Positions 1-12,145 of a DNA stretch of 64,000 nucleotides are shown here, one piece after another. The position numbers were made by a program, and so were the translations under genes. The notes beneath the pieces were generated by a model, which saw only the letters and a program-made list of their open reading frames with translations, made no database searches and was not told the DNA's origin. Numbering within the stretch: the stretch's first letter is position 1; every line of letters begins with the position of its first letter. Source of the stretch: Malacoraja senta (taxonomy: Eukaryota); assembly GCA_038087875.1 (NCBI GenBank), contig CM075997.1, positions 6,760,001 to 6,824,000 on the forward strand, written 5' to 3'.

Positions 1-551
1 TTGACGCAATGATATTTTTGATCGTTAATCCATTGAACAGCAGAATTAAACAGATTGGTAATAAAGGTGTTAAGATACTATCCAGTATCTCGAATCCTTT
101 CCACAAAGATGAAGTGAGGTAATCCGTTGGTAAGACGCAGCCCCATGGCACGTTGTTAATTATGACATCAGACTCCATCACGAAGTAAAAGGGAACGCCC
201 CTGGCGCAGCTGTCTGCCACCACAGTCACCATGACCACAGTTGCAGTTCTCTCTTTGCAGTACCGTTCACGCAACTTTTGACAACAAATTGCAATGAAGC
301 GATCAAAAGTAAAACTGACCGTAAGCCATACAGAACAATCCATGGTTATAACCCTCAGTACATTTGTCAGAGGGCATAACGGAGTAATGAGCAAGAAATC
401 AGCATAAACATATGTATAATTAGTCTGTTCCACAATAGCAACAACGAAAACCACCATCAGGTCGCCTGTTGCCATTCCCATCAGGTAACGGGTGATGCAC
501 TTGGAGAGTCCGCATTTTCCCGAGAGAGTATTGCGATCGCAATTGAATTGA
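1..551 (-). pseudogene. GPR139-like class A GPCR pseudogene, exon 2 (runs off the window's left edge)
   Basis: The minus strand after the acceptor ...tttcAG (plus CT at 552-553) reads (V)NSIAIAILSR/GKCGLSKCITRYLMGMATGDLMVVFVVAIVEQTNYTYVYADFLLITPLCPLTNVLRVITMDCSVWLTVSFTFDRFIAICCQKLRERYCKERTATVV...ILTPLLPICLILLFNGLTIKNIIAS. This is collinear with the intact gene at 43588-44486. One G is missing in cgg-gga-aaa near 519-521, causing a frameshift. Confidence 0.85.
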
Positions 552-1425
552 CTGAAAGTAGTTAAGAAAAATAAAAAGTTATGTGTATAAGTAAAAGTGC
601 ACCTGCATCAAACTTGATCCGTTTTACTTTAGTTCCGCGCGGGAAACATATGCGGAATGGTTCTATTTTTTCCTGATGTTTTGTAGTTCTAGATGGGTGA
701 GAATCTGAGAGGGGATTTCCAGGACGTCCACGCTCCTCTGCTCAGCTTCGTTCGAAGACACCTCGGACAGCAGTGACAATTATGCCGGCTATCTTGCCCC
801 AGTTTGGAGCGGAGCACGTGAAGCCCAGGACCCACCTCCTCAGTTACAGAGGCATGATTCATGGTTTGCCTTAAAAAATTAAGTAGTATTGATGTTTGCT
901 CTAAAAGAAACAGACATTGTGTTTCTCAGGGTGTAACATATTTGACAAGGAAACCACTGCTTTAAAAATAAAACTGGCTGAAAAACAACTAACCGGAACA
1001 ACAGAGCGAAGTTTGATGGTATTGCACACCTTGAAATGGCATTTAGAAAAGTAGTTTTGATTTCTTGTCTTTGTTCGAAATTACATCCGTGTGGGAAATA
1101 CAATGACACGTTCTTTAAAAAAGCCGTGGCGACGGTGAGGGATGTGTATAGAGTTGGATAACTCTGGAGATGCAGGTTCATACCGAAAAGAATATATGCT
1201 GACATTGCAAGAGGAATATGTTAATATCAGCAATAACCTAATTGATGCAATTGACAAAATAACTGGGCATTAAAAAAAAGTATAAACCTTGAATCCTGAA
1301 AATTCTAGAGACACTCACCTGCTGAAGCAGAATATGAGATGCATATCAGTGGGGGTTATGCTACTGTGCAGCACTTTCAACAAAAGAGACAACGTAATAT
1401 ATCGGAGCCAGCCCAAGTATCTTAG

Positions 1426-1495
1426 CATGGATACCAACCGCTGCAGGTACAGGATAGAATATTCTCGCAATGTGCTAAATGGGTGCATATCCCAT
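1426..1495 (-). pseudogene. GPR139-like GPCR pseudogene, exon 1 (70 bp, phase 1)
   Basis: Reads MGYAPI*HIARIFYPVPAAVGIH+G and aligns to exon 1 of the intact paralogue (MGYPAIYYIASIYYPVLAVFGIP+G) with the same 70-bp length. It has an in-frame TAG at 1475-1477, and the donor reads G|CTAAG instead of G|GTAAG. Confidence 0.75.
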
Positions 1496-2139
1496 TTTCC
1501 GGTGAGGCAACGATCTATTGTACAGAACGTTTCACTTCCCATATGCTCTGGTGATTAGATAACAAACTGTTATAAAAGAGAGGGAAATTCCACTGTGACA
1601 ATTAATGTGGTCATCTCCGTAGGGACCATTCACTGAACATACACTTACACTTAACTACTTTTACTCATTGCATTAGTGTGCAATTAATTTCTCTCGGCAG
1701 CGTAGGTTCGGAACACGTGGGCTTCATGTTGATTGTCACCTTCTTACAGGGAAATGTCAGGTCGTATTTTTAAGATCAATATTATATTTAACATGAACAT
1801 TCCGCTTAAATGAAAATTAAGACCATCAGTCTTTGCTGCCCAACTCTTCAATGCCGACTAAGATGTTTCTTTGATGTAGCTAATTTTAATTGTATGTGGT
1901 ACATAACCTTCAAGTCTATTCTTTCTACCAACCTCTGTCCAATTGTGTCTTCAACGTTGCCATCGTGTCCGCCAGTACAGATTCATCCTGCAGATCATTG
2001 AATATCACGATCGGCATGAACGTTACCCTTGGACCAAGATTAGATATTTCCCGTCTCATCCTCTGTCCTTTTATTGTAGACTCCTTTAATCATGAATTTA
2101 TATGGCCTTCGCGACTTGATAAACCCCATAATCGCTCCA

Positions 2140-2275
2140 AGGGAAAAAGGCGTCATGAGAGATCCTGTATTACGAACTTGATCTGCAATTTTTTTAAAGA
2201 ACTAACCGAGACGGCTGACGTGTGCAACGACGTTGACATGGTCAATATGGACCTAACCAAGGCCGTTGATAATTG
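2140..2275 (+). mobile_element. Old CR1-type LINE RT fragment
   Basis: RSCITNLICNFFKELT...DVDMVNMDLTKAVD resembles the CR1 motif KSCLTNLLEFFE.VT...VDVVYLDFQKAFD seen at 48179-48060. Confidence 0.6.
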
Positions 2276-2305
2276 GACGGAGATTGGTAGGAAGAATGGA
2301 GTTGT

Positions 2306-3277
2306 CAAGTCAAGTCAAGTCGTCACATTTATTTATTTATGGGATGTCAGGACTGTCTTATGAAGAAAGACTGGATAGACTTGGTTTATACTCTCTAGAA
2401 TTTAGGAGATTGAGAGGGGATCTTATAGAAACTTACAAAATTCTTAAGGGGTTGGACAGGCTAGATGCAGGAAGATTGCTCCCGATGTTGGGGAAGTCCA
2501 GGACAAGGGGTCACAGCTTAAGGATTAGGGGGAAATCCTTTAAAACCGAGATGAGAAGATCTTTTTTCACACAGAGAGTGGTGAATCTCTGGAACTCTCT
2601 GCCACAGAGGGTAGTCGAGGCCAGTTCATTGGCTATATTTAAGAGGGAGCTAGATGTGGCCCTTGTGGCTAAAGGGATCAGAGGGTATGGAGAGAAGGCA
2701 GGTACGGGATACTGAGTTGGATGATCAGCCATGATCATATTGAATGGCGGTGCAGGCTCGAAGGGCCGAATGGCCTACTCCTGCACCTAATTTCTATGTT
2801 TCTATGTTTCTATATAGCACATTTAAAAAACAGCTCTCGTTGGCCAAAGTGATTTACATTTGTTATAAGAATAGCACAAACAAAAAAACTACATACATAT
2901 ATACATGTAGCCCTCACTCAGAGGACGTCAGGAAAGGCTTGGGAGTATAGATACGTCTTTAGTCTTGACATAAAAGAGTCGATGGAGGGGGCATTCTGAT
3001 GGAAAGGGAATGCTGTTGCACAGTCTAGGGGCTGCAACCACAAAGGCGCGGTCGCCCCTAAGCTTATGCCTAGACCGTGGGATATTCAGCAACCCCCAAG
3101 TCGGCCGATCTGAGGGTCCGGGAGGTGGAGTGGTGGGTGAGAAGACTTTTTATGTAGGTGGGGGCAAGCCCATTGAGGGCTTTGTAGACATGGAGGAGGA
3201 TCTTGAAGTTTATACGGAGTCTAGTGGAGAGAGGCCAGGATCGGGGTGATGTGGTCCCTTTTTCGGGTGCCCGTCAG
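2306..3277 (-). mobile_element. L2-type LINE 3' fragment, interrupted by a CR1 fragment
   Basis: The minus strand encodes LTGTRKRDHITPILASLH, typical of the L2 ORF2 C-terminus, and ends in a (GACTT)n tail (plus caagtcaagtcaagtc). GTTGT at 2301-2305 and 3278-3282 is a possible TSD. Confidence 0.65.
2341..2811 (+). mobile_element. CR1 LINE, 5'-truncated 3' end
   Basis: Encodes GMSGLSYEERLDRLGLYSLEFRRLRGDLIETYKILKG...KAGTGY* followed by the 3' UTR and a (TTTCTATG)n tail. Nearly identical to the copy at 23127-23880. Confidence 0.9.
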
Positions 3278-3627
3278 GTTGTGATCATTCTTCCCCAAAT
3301 GGTCTATCATTGGAACATAAGTCAACTGCCCAGTACATGGTCCAGTATGGTCCATCCATGAATTGAATTGTCCACCTATTGTTTCCAGAATATCCTGGAC
3401 ACAATTAACATAATTTACCCTGTCTAAACCTTTTTCAATGAGCAACAGCCCAACACCTGAATCCATATTAGCGACGTTAACGTCCTTCACTAAAGCAACA
3501 CTGCTGAAATAATCTGTCCACATACCTATTCCGCTGTTTCCCGCTTGCTATTGGTAGGCTGATCGTACAAACGCAGTAAATTATTGCAGCGTTTTATTAG
3601 TTGATATCTCACTGATAGACATCATAC

Positions 3628-3706
3628 GCTGGAGTAACTCAGCGCGACAGGCAGCATCTCTGGAGAGAAGGAAAAGGTGACATTTCGGGTCGAAACCCTT
3701 CATCAT
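3628..3706 (-). repeat. Short Penelope-tail-derived repeat with a degenerate hammerhead-like core
   Basis: gctggagtaactcagc...gcagcatctctggagagaagg...tttcgggtcgaaaccctt matches the reverse complement of the Penelope 3' tails at 19411-19507 and 37501-37597. Confidence 0.7.
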
Positions 3707-3784
3707 ACTTCACATTCAGCCTTATTGTTGTAGCAACTGCTCTACTTTTAACTCCCTCGCTTTCGTCTAAAACATCGAAGCCCC

Positions 3785-3984
3785 NNNNNNNNNNNNNNNN
3801 NNNNNNNNNNNNNNNNNNNNNNNNNNNNNNNNNNNNNNNNNNNNNNNNNNNNNNNNNNNNNNNNNNNNNNNNNNNNNNNNNNNNNNNNNNNNNNNNNNNN
3901 NNNNNNNNNNNNNNNNNNNNNNNNNNNNNNNNNNNNNNNNNNNNNNNNNNNNNNNNNNNNNNNNNNNNNNNNNNNNNNNNNNNN
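3785..3984. other. Assembly gap (200 N)
   Basis: Run of N. Confidence 1.
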
Positions 3985-5940
3985 AGAGGGGACTGGGCGA
4001 ACATGATGTAATGTGGAAAACTCTGATGTGCTCTTCAGAAACAACATTTTAATCAATAGTGAGCTGTTGAAATGTGTGGTGTTCTGAAGATTCGCGGTAT
4101 GCCGGTGCAAGAAACGGTCAGGTGTTTGCGACTCTTCTTCAGAAGTGGGGAAGGAAGAGGTGCATACCGATATTCAGTAGGGCGGGAGGCAGTGACGGAA
4201 GAATAGACCAAAGCGGTGTCTGTGAGCGGATGATTAGAAATGTATAAATGGCATTCGTTTTCCCCACTGTGAACACTTTGATCGGAGTGATTAGTTGTCC
4301 TTGCTCAGCGAGCTGGTAGAAGGAAAATAACGATGTACGATATGATACAGTACGATATAACTTTATTTATCCCAGGAGGGAAATTGGCAATATTCAGAAA
4401 ACATAACAAAATGCATGAAACATGAATTTAAAGTGAGGAGTGGAGAGTCCACTATTAGGGACGTGCAAAGATTGGCGAGCAGGGGTGGGGGCGGGGTAGT
4501 CACTCTGCCCAACCACCAACGACAGAACGAGGATAAATTTCATTTTTGATAACAACGGGGAAAAGGGATGTCCTGTGGCGTTCTGTGCAGCATTTTGGTT
4601 GACCCAGTCTGTTGCTGAAGTTGATCCTCAGATTGACCAGTTTGTCATGGAGGGGGTGGGCTGTATTGTTCACAACGCCTCGCAGTTTGAGGGGAATTAT
4701 CCCCATCAAGGCCAGCCAACCTGATGAGCTTGTTAATTATGTTTGGCATCCGCGGCCTTCTCTTTAAATCAGCAATTAAGATGGCAATAGCCATCACCGA
4801 TTGATAGAACTACTGCGGCATCTAACTGCAGATATTGAAACAGCGGACTTCATCAGAAAGTGGATGTGGCTCTGTTCTAGCTTCCACCGTGTGTCAGCGT
4901 TCCAAGAACAGTCCAGTATACTGACCAGGTTAACTCCGCGGTGCTTGTACTCCTTGGTAAAGTGCACATCCACACCCTTGATGGAAGCAGGGGACAGGTG
5001 TGTTCCTCTCCTCCTAAAGTCCACCACTAACTCCTTAGTCTTGTCGGTGTTGACCTGCATGTGATTCAGCCCACACCACTCAACAAAGTCGTTGACTACA
5101 CCTCTGCATTCAGCTCCAATATCCCCCTGAACTCCAACTGATGCAGCACAAAATTGCAGAGTCATCCGAAAACGTTTGCAGATGACAGGATTCCGAGTTG
5201 TATCAGGAGTCCGAGGTGTGGATGGTGAATTTGAAGGGAGAGAGGACCGTTCCCTGTGCACCCCCCCCCCGTTGCTCTCTACCATGTCCTAGATACAGTT
5301 CTGTACCCTAATATACTGTGGTCGTCCAGGCAGGTAGATAGTGATCCAGGCCACCATTGGTGCATCCACCCGAATCTGCCAGTTTGTAGCGCAGAAGTGC
5401 AGGCCGGATCTTGTTAAAATCACCGGATAAGTTTAAAAAACCATGACCCTCACATTGCCTCCCGGCTTATCCAGGTGAGGATATGAATGATGGAGCAGGT
5501 GGATGAAGGCGTCTACACAACTACTCAATGGTTACAGACTGGTGGCGCTGATCTCACACATCATGAAGTCCCCGGAGAGGCTGGTGCTCGCTCACCTGCG
5601 ACCCCTGGTTAAACCCTAGCTGGACAACCTGCAGTCCGCTTACTAACCAAGGGTCGCAGGTGAGTGAGCACCAGCCTCTGCAGGGACTTCATTATGTGTG
5701 AGATTAGCGCCACCGGTCTGTAGTCATTGGATTAGTTGGGACGCATTTTCATTGGTACAGGAGCCAGCCGGGATGTCTTTCACATCATATGAACCATGTC
5801 AAGGCTCAGGCTCAGGTTGAAGATACATTAGAGTACTCCGGAAAACTGGATGGCACACGCCTTAAGTACCCTCGTGCTGTGACCATCGGGTGTCATAGAA
5901 CAAAGAACAAAGAACAGAACAGCACAGGAATAGGTTCATT
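3985..5940 (+). repeat. Copy 1 of a ~2-kb direct duplication
   Basis: Near-identical to 7416-9409. The offset is 3431, rising to 3468/3469 after a 37-bp indel near 4710 and a later 1-bp indel. The duplicated ORF pairs 4794/8262 and 5789/9258 confirm it. Confidence 0.95.
4330..5885 (-). mobile_element. Degenerate Rex1/Babar-type LINE fragment (also in copy 2, ~7760-9355)
   Basis: RGVVNDFVEWCGLNHMQVNTDKTKELVVDFRR...HPLHDKL resembles the C-terminal RT region of the Rex1-type element at 56471-57496 (WCQHNNLALNTSKTKELIVD). A (cgata)n-like tail lies near 4335. Confidence 0.7.
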
Positions 5941-5959
5941 TTCCCGAACAGTCTGTGAC

Positions 5960-6259
5960 CCACAGCGCTATGGCCATAGCGCTATGGTTAAAGCCCAAAG
6001 CGCTGCAGCCGGTAGCTCTATATTTAGAACCCATAGCGCTGCAGCTGACAGCTCGTTGCTTAAATTCCCACGCGTTAAACTGACAGCGCTCTGTATACAA
6101 CTTTGAGCGCAAAACCGGCACTGCTGTGTGTATTACCTTTACACCTCTTCGAGTTCCGGATGCGGAAATTTCATGAAAATACCCAATTTCCCTAAAAGTA
6201 CCCGAAGACAACCAGAATTTACCGAATTTCGGGTAATTTAATTCAAAGTGGAAACACTG
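5960..6259. mobile_element. Possible DNA-transposon end fragment (hAT-like terminus)
   Basis: Repeated AGCGCT subunits, then a terminus ...gtggaaacactg (reverse complement CAGTGTTTCCAC, resembling hAT TIRs). The other end was not found. Confidence 0.3.
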
Positions 6260-7415
6260 CTATATTACTTAGGCTACGTCTTTCTGTCCTTTATATGAGA
6301 CTTACTGGTCCAAATTCCCACCTTCAATCGGTCCGTCCATTTGCTAGCTTTCTACTTTGGTTCCCACCCCACAATTTTTGATTTAAGCCCCGCAGAGTAG
6401 CAATCACGGACCTCTCTGCAAGGATTCACACTAGTTCAAGTGTAACCAGCATTTCTTTTTTCGGTCATCTTTGCCCCAGTCGGGATCCCATTCGCTCAAA
6501 ACACTAAAACTCTGCCCCTGCACCAACTCCTACCACACGCATTTTCAGTCCTATTTTTCTACTCCTACACTACCCAGGATGTCCAGCTTTATAAACCTTT
6601 ATTAACTCTATGCATTCACACTGCAAAACACAAGTTATTTCCCTCCCTGTCATTAAATTTCCCCGCATAATGGAAGTGATTTGGTAATTTCCCTGGGAAG
6701 TGCCTATCCTGTAGAAGCGCGCAGAGAGTTTGCACACACTTGTCGTACCGGAGGCGTTCTAAGCACGTGGACATTGTGGGTGGTGTCATCTGCCAGTACA
6801 ACTGACCAGTCGTGATGCCGGATACAGATTCAGGACACTGAAACATACATTGTGCGTGCAATATTGGACGTAATTTATAGCTGTTGAGTATCAGCTGGAA
6901 ATGACTCGCACATCAAAGCAGCCGAATCGCGCGCGTCCCTCGATGAACTCAAACCATCAAGCTACCGGTTATCAGTCGAACACGCTGGCCATTGGGCCAT
7001 AGAGACAAGCTGAAGAAAGTTGGAACAAATGAGCCACGCTATATTTAGGAGGAGAGGAACATGCATTGGAGCTGAGGACAAGCTTCCCCTATCTTCATCA
7101 ACGATTGGATCCGGGAGACACGGGCAATGAAAATCAGAAAATGCTGGAACCCGTTATCATCTGCGAATAGAGCAATAAAGGTAACGGTTCATTTCATCAG
7201 ATGAAGATTTTTTTAAAATCTAGTAAACGTAGTACAATTTCCCTCGCCACGGATGCTACTGTTCCTGCTGACTGTTTCAGCATTTCGCACTCTTGCTTGA
7301 GACGCAGCATTTGCAGATCCTTACATTTTATATATCACGCACAAAAACAATATTATTGATACAAAACCTGGTGTCAGTGTGGGTTGTGTAGATGATGCGT
7401 AGACGTATCGGCAGC

Positions 7416-9409
7416 AGAGGGGACTGGGCGAACATGATGTAATGTGGAAAACTCTGATGTGCTCTTCAGAAACAACATTTTAATCAATAGTGAGCTGTTG
7501 AAATGTGTGGTGTTCTGAAGATTCGCGGTATGCTGGTGCAAGAAACGGTCAGGTGTTTGCGACTCTTCGTCAGAAGTGGGGAAGGAAGATGTGCATACCG
7601 ATATTCAGTAGGGCGGGAGGCAGTGACGGAAGCATAGACCAAAGCGGTGTCTTTGAGCGGATGATTAGAAATGTATAAATGGCATTCGTTTTCCCCACTG
7701 TGAACACTTTGATCGGAGTGATTAGTTGTCCTTGCTCAGCGAGCTGGTAGAAGGAAAATAACGATGTACGATATGATACAGTACGAAATAACTTTATTTA
7801 TCCCAGGAGGAAAATTGGCAATAGTCAGAAAACTTAACAAAATGCATGAAACATGAATTTAAAGTGAGGAGTGGAGAGTCCACTATTAGGGACGTGCAAA
7901 GATTGGCGAGCAGGGGTGGGGGCGGGGTAGTCACTCTGCCCAACCACCAACGACAGAACGAGGATGAATTTTATTTTTGATAACAACGGGGAAAAGGGAT
8001 GTCCTGTGGCGTTCTGTGCAGCATTTTGGTTGACCCAGTCTGTTGCTGAGGTTGATCCTCAGATTGACCAGTTTGTCATGGAGGGGGTGGGCTGTATTGT
8101 TCACAACGCCTCGCAGTTTGAGGGGAATTCTCACCTTCAAGGCCATACCAGTTAATTCAACTCCACAACCAGGACGGAGCCAGCCAACCTGATGAGCTTG
8201 TTAATTATGTTTGGCATCCGCGGCCTTCTCTTTAAATCAGCAATTAAGATGGCAATAGCCATCACCGATTGATAGAACTACTGCGGCATCTAACTGCAGA
8301 TATTGAGACAGCGGACTTCATCAGAAAGTGGATGTGGCTCTGTTCTAGCTTCCACCGTGTGTCAGCGTTCCAAGAACAGTCCAGTATACTGACCAGGTTA
8401 ACTCCGCGGTGCTTGTACTCCTTGGTAAACTGCACATCCACACCCTTGATGGAAGCAGGGGACAGATGTGTTCCTCTCCTCCTAAAGTCCACCACTAACT
8501 CCTTAGTCTTGTCGGTGTTGACCTGCATGTGATTCAGCCCACACCACTCAACAAAGTCGTTGACTACACCTCTGCATTCAGCTCCAACATCCCCCTGATC
8601 TCCAACTGATGCAGCACACAAATGCAGAGTCATCCGAAAACTTTTGCAGATGACAGGATTCCGAGTTGTATCAGGAGTCCGAGGTGTGGATGGTGAATTT
8701 GAAGGGAGAGAGGACCGTCCCCTGTGCACCCCCCCCCCGTTGCTCTCTACCATGTCCTAGATACAGTTCTGTACCCTAATATACTGTGGTCGTCCAGGCA
8801 GGTAGATAGTGATCCAGGCCACCATTGGTGCATCCACCCGAATCTGCCAGTTTGTAGCGCAGAAGTGCAGGCCGGATCTTGTTAAAATGACCGGATAAGT
8901 TTAAAAAACCATGACCCTCACATTGCCTCCCGGCTTATCCAGGTGAGGATATGAATGATGGAGCAGGTGGATGAAGGCGTCTACACAACTACTCAATGGT
9001 TTACAGACTGGTGGCGCTGATCTCACACATCATGAAGTCCCCGGAGAGGCTGGTGCTCGCTCACCTGCGACCCCTGGTTCAACCCTAGCTGGACAACCTG
9101 CAGTCCGCTTACTAACCAAGGGTCGCAGGTGAGTGAGCACCAGCCTCTGCAGGGACTTCATTATGTGTGAGATTAGCGCCACCGGTCTGTAGTCATTGGA
9201 TTAGTTGGGACGCATTTTCATTGGTACAGGAGCCAGCCGGGATGTCTTTCACATCATATGAACCATGTCAAGGCTCAGGCTCAGGTTGAAGATACATTAG
9301 AGTACTCCGGAAAACTGGATGGCACACGCCTTAAGTACCCTCGTGCTGTGACCATCGGGTGTCATAGAACAAAGAACAAAGAACAGAACAGCACAGGAAT
9401 AGGTTCATT
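7416..9409 (+). repeat. Copy 2 of the ~2-kb direct duplication
   Basis: Near-identical to 3985-5940; both copies end at ...ggaataggttcatt. Confidence 0.95.
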
Positions 9410-10108
9410 AGCCCATATTATTTGTGGGGAAACACGATACCTAGTTGAACTGATCTCATCCGCCTGCACATGATCAATATTTCTCTATTTCCCTCACATC
9501 TCAGCAAGTAAGAATTGCATTGTTCTATCTGGGACATCTGACAATAAAACTCTCCCGACTTCACTCTTGATCTCGATTATTAATGCCTCCTATCACCTAC
9601 TGCTATGCACTCTAGTGTTGCACATTTCCACCCTTAGAAAATGGTTCTGACTGCAGAGCCTATAAATGCCTCTCGTCCTTTTATATACTTCTACCAAGTC
9701 CCGCCTCATTCTTCGACGTTACAGATAAAATAAACTAAGTCTATCCAACGCCTGCTGATAGCTGAAACATTTCAATCCAGGCAGCACTCTATTAAACCTA
9801 CCCTGCATTCTCTCCAACCTCCCCACATCTTTCCTGTATTGGGGTGACAAAAAGTGCAAGCAATAGTGCAACTGATGCTGCCTGGTCCTATAAAGCTGCA
9901 TCATGACTTCCTAACTTTTATATTCAATGTCCCTATCAATGAGGCAAACATACCTGTCATCATCACCCTATCTACTTTTGCTGCCACCTTTAATGAGCTT
10001 TCAACCTGGACTCGAAGATACATCTGCACTTCAATGTAACTAACGTGGCTAGATTTAATCTGCCAAAATGCAACACCTAGCACTTGCTTGGGTTAAGTTT
10101 CGTCTGCC

Positions 10109-10557
10109 CCCACAGTGAAGATGTGGATCACAGAAATGACCGAGGCACTACGTCTAGCAAAAACAAGGCTTGTCTTGACTGACAAACCAGATACATTTTC
10201 CAAAATATGGTCTCCTTTCATTGAATTTCTTCAACAATATAATGGTTGAACACAACTCAAAACCGACACTAGGGTCGGGTGAGCGTGCGTATGGAAGGGT
10301 AGTGGGATATATCTCCGCTTCTTTCACTTCTTCGTTAGTACTGGTGTTTTTACTCTTTCTTTTTCGTGTCTTTTTTCGAAATTTTTTTTTTTATTTTTAT
10401 TTTCCTCTTTCTTTCCCTTTTTTTCCTTATTTCTTTTTTCCGATTTAGTTATTAGTTTATAAAATGTTAAAATGGAAGCAATACGAAAATTGTATAATTG
10501 TTATGTCGATTACTTTCTCTTTGTACGATTGCTTCTAATAAAATAAATATTTTTAAA
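10109..10557 (+). mobile_element. 5'-truncated L1-type LINE 3' end with 14-bp TSD
   Basis: Encodes WITEMTEALRLAKTRLVLTDKPDTFSKIWSPFIEFL, an L1 ORF2-like C-terminus, followed by a T-rich UTR, AATAAA and an A-rich end. The TSD AAGTTTCGTCTGCC is at 10095-10108 and 10558-10571, at a TT|AAG site. Confidence 0.75.
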
Positions 10558-10679
10558 AAGTTTCGTCTGCCATTTCTCCGCCCATTTTGCAGCTGATCTA
10601 TATTCAGCTGTATGTTCTGAGAACCTTCCACACAATCTGCAACTCCTCCAAGTTTCGTATCGTCAGCAAAACTACTCGC

Positions 10680-10680
<1 letters not shown>

Positions 10681-10758
<78 letters not shown>

Positions 10759-10774
10759 TTATATTATATATAAA

Positions 10775-10831
<57 letters not shown>
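10681..10831. repeat. (TA)n microsatellite
   Basis: Direct reading; interrupted by two aaataatt units. Confidence 0.98.
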
Positions 10832-10835
<4 letters not shown>

Positions 10836-10987
10836 TAGACTAAGTGGAACCCGTTGGATCCCAGCATCACACGGGAGGGCTGGTCACCCAACACAATATT
10901 CCACCTCTCCACCAATTCTAATATTGCTGGCGTTTGGGGGGGGGGGGCTTTATGTAGCGCTACAATGGGTGTGGGCCGAAGGGACTG

Positions 10988-11490
10988 GTTTCGTACCACT
11001 TGAAGCAGGGTGCAAGGCCACCAAATTCAGGTGCAGTTTCGTACCACTTCAAGCAGGGTGCAAGGCCACCAAATTCAAATGCAGTTTCATACCACTTCAG
11101 GCAGGGTGGAAGGCCACCAAATTCAAGTGCAGTTTCGTACCAATTCAAGCAGGGTGCAAGGCCACCAAATTCAAGTGCAGTTTTATACTACTTCAAGCAG
11201 GGTGCAAGGCCACCAAATTCAAGTGCAGTTTCATACCACTTCAAGCAGGGTGCAAGGCCACCACATTCGAGTGCAGTTTCACACCATTCCAATCAGGGTG
11301 CAAGACCACCAAATTCAAATGCAATTTCATACCATTTCATGCAGGGTGCAAGGCCACCAAATGCAAATGCAGTTCATACCATTCCATGCAGGGATCAAGG
11401 CCACCACATTCAATGCAGTTTCATACCATTTCATGCAGGGATCAAGTCCACCACATTCAAATGCAGATTCATACCATTTCAAGCAGGGTG
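10988..11490 (+). repeat. 48-bp tandem minisatellite, ~10 copies
   Basis: Unit GTTTCRTACCACTTCAAGCAGGGTGCAAGGCCACCAAATTCAAGTGCA, starting at 10988, 11036 and onward. Confidence 0.95.
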
Positions 11491-11896
11491 AAACCACCAT
11501 AAAACCACCATAAAAGCACACAAAACACCACAAAACACCACACAAAACACGACACTCACAGTTCAGTAGACATTCAGTGTATTCAGTTGATTCACAGCTC
11601 ACAGTCGTGACCTCTCCCTCCTCCATCTTGCAGAGACTGAGCCACACCCACACTTCCGGGTTTTATAATTCCTCCCCCTCCCACCGAAAGGGGCGTGGCC
11701 TTCATGGCGTGATTGACTTGGGAGAGATTCTTTAAAAATGTAAACACGAATAACACTTTTATTTTTCATTGATGGGAAGAATCCTCTGCACGCGATGAGC
11801 GGAGGGGGCCTGAGTAAGATGGCCAAAAATCACAGCTGTAGGTGGTAGCGTTTTATCTAAAATCAATATACAGTGCAAACAGGAAGTTATCAAGTT

Positions 11897-12145
11897 TCCA
11901 CCACCAACAGCCATTTGCAGTGATTCACTTCTAACCAACCATAACCAGCAGCCATTTGCAGTGCATCAATTCCAAACAATCATCACCAGCAGCCATTTGC
12001 AGTGCTTCACTTCCAACCAACCACCACCAACAGCCATTTGGCGTGCTTTACTTCAAACCAGCCACCACCAACAGCCATTTGCTGTGCTTCACATCAAACC
12101 AACCATCACCAACAGACATTTGATGTGCTTCTCTTCAAAGCAACC
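11897..12145 (+). repeat. 41-bp tandem minisatellite, ~6 copies
   Basis: CAGCCATTTG (last copy variant) recurs at 11908, 11949, 11990, 12031, 12072 and 12113. Confidence 0.9.

Noticed and set aside
3639..4110. ORFs spanning N runs (also 41428-42109)
   Set aside because: Artefacts of assembly gaps.
10924..11513. Cys-rich 16-aa repeat ORF, or a CRISPR-like array
   Set aside because: It is a 48-bp head-to-tail minisatellite open in all three frames, with no unique spacers and no cas genes, in eukaryotic context inside a TE.
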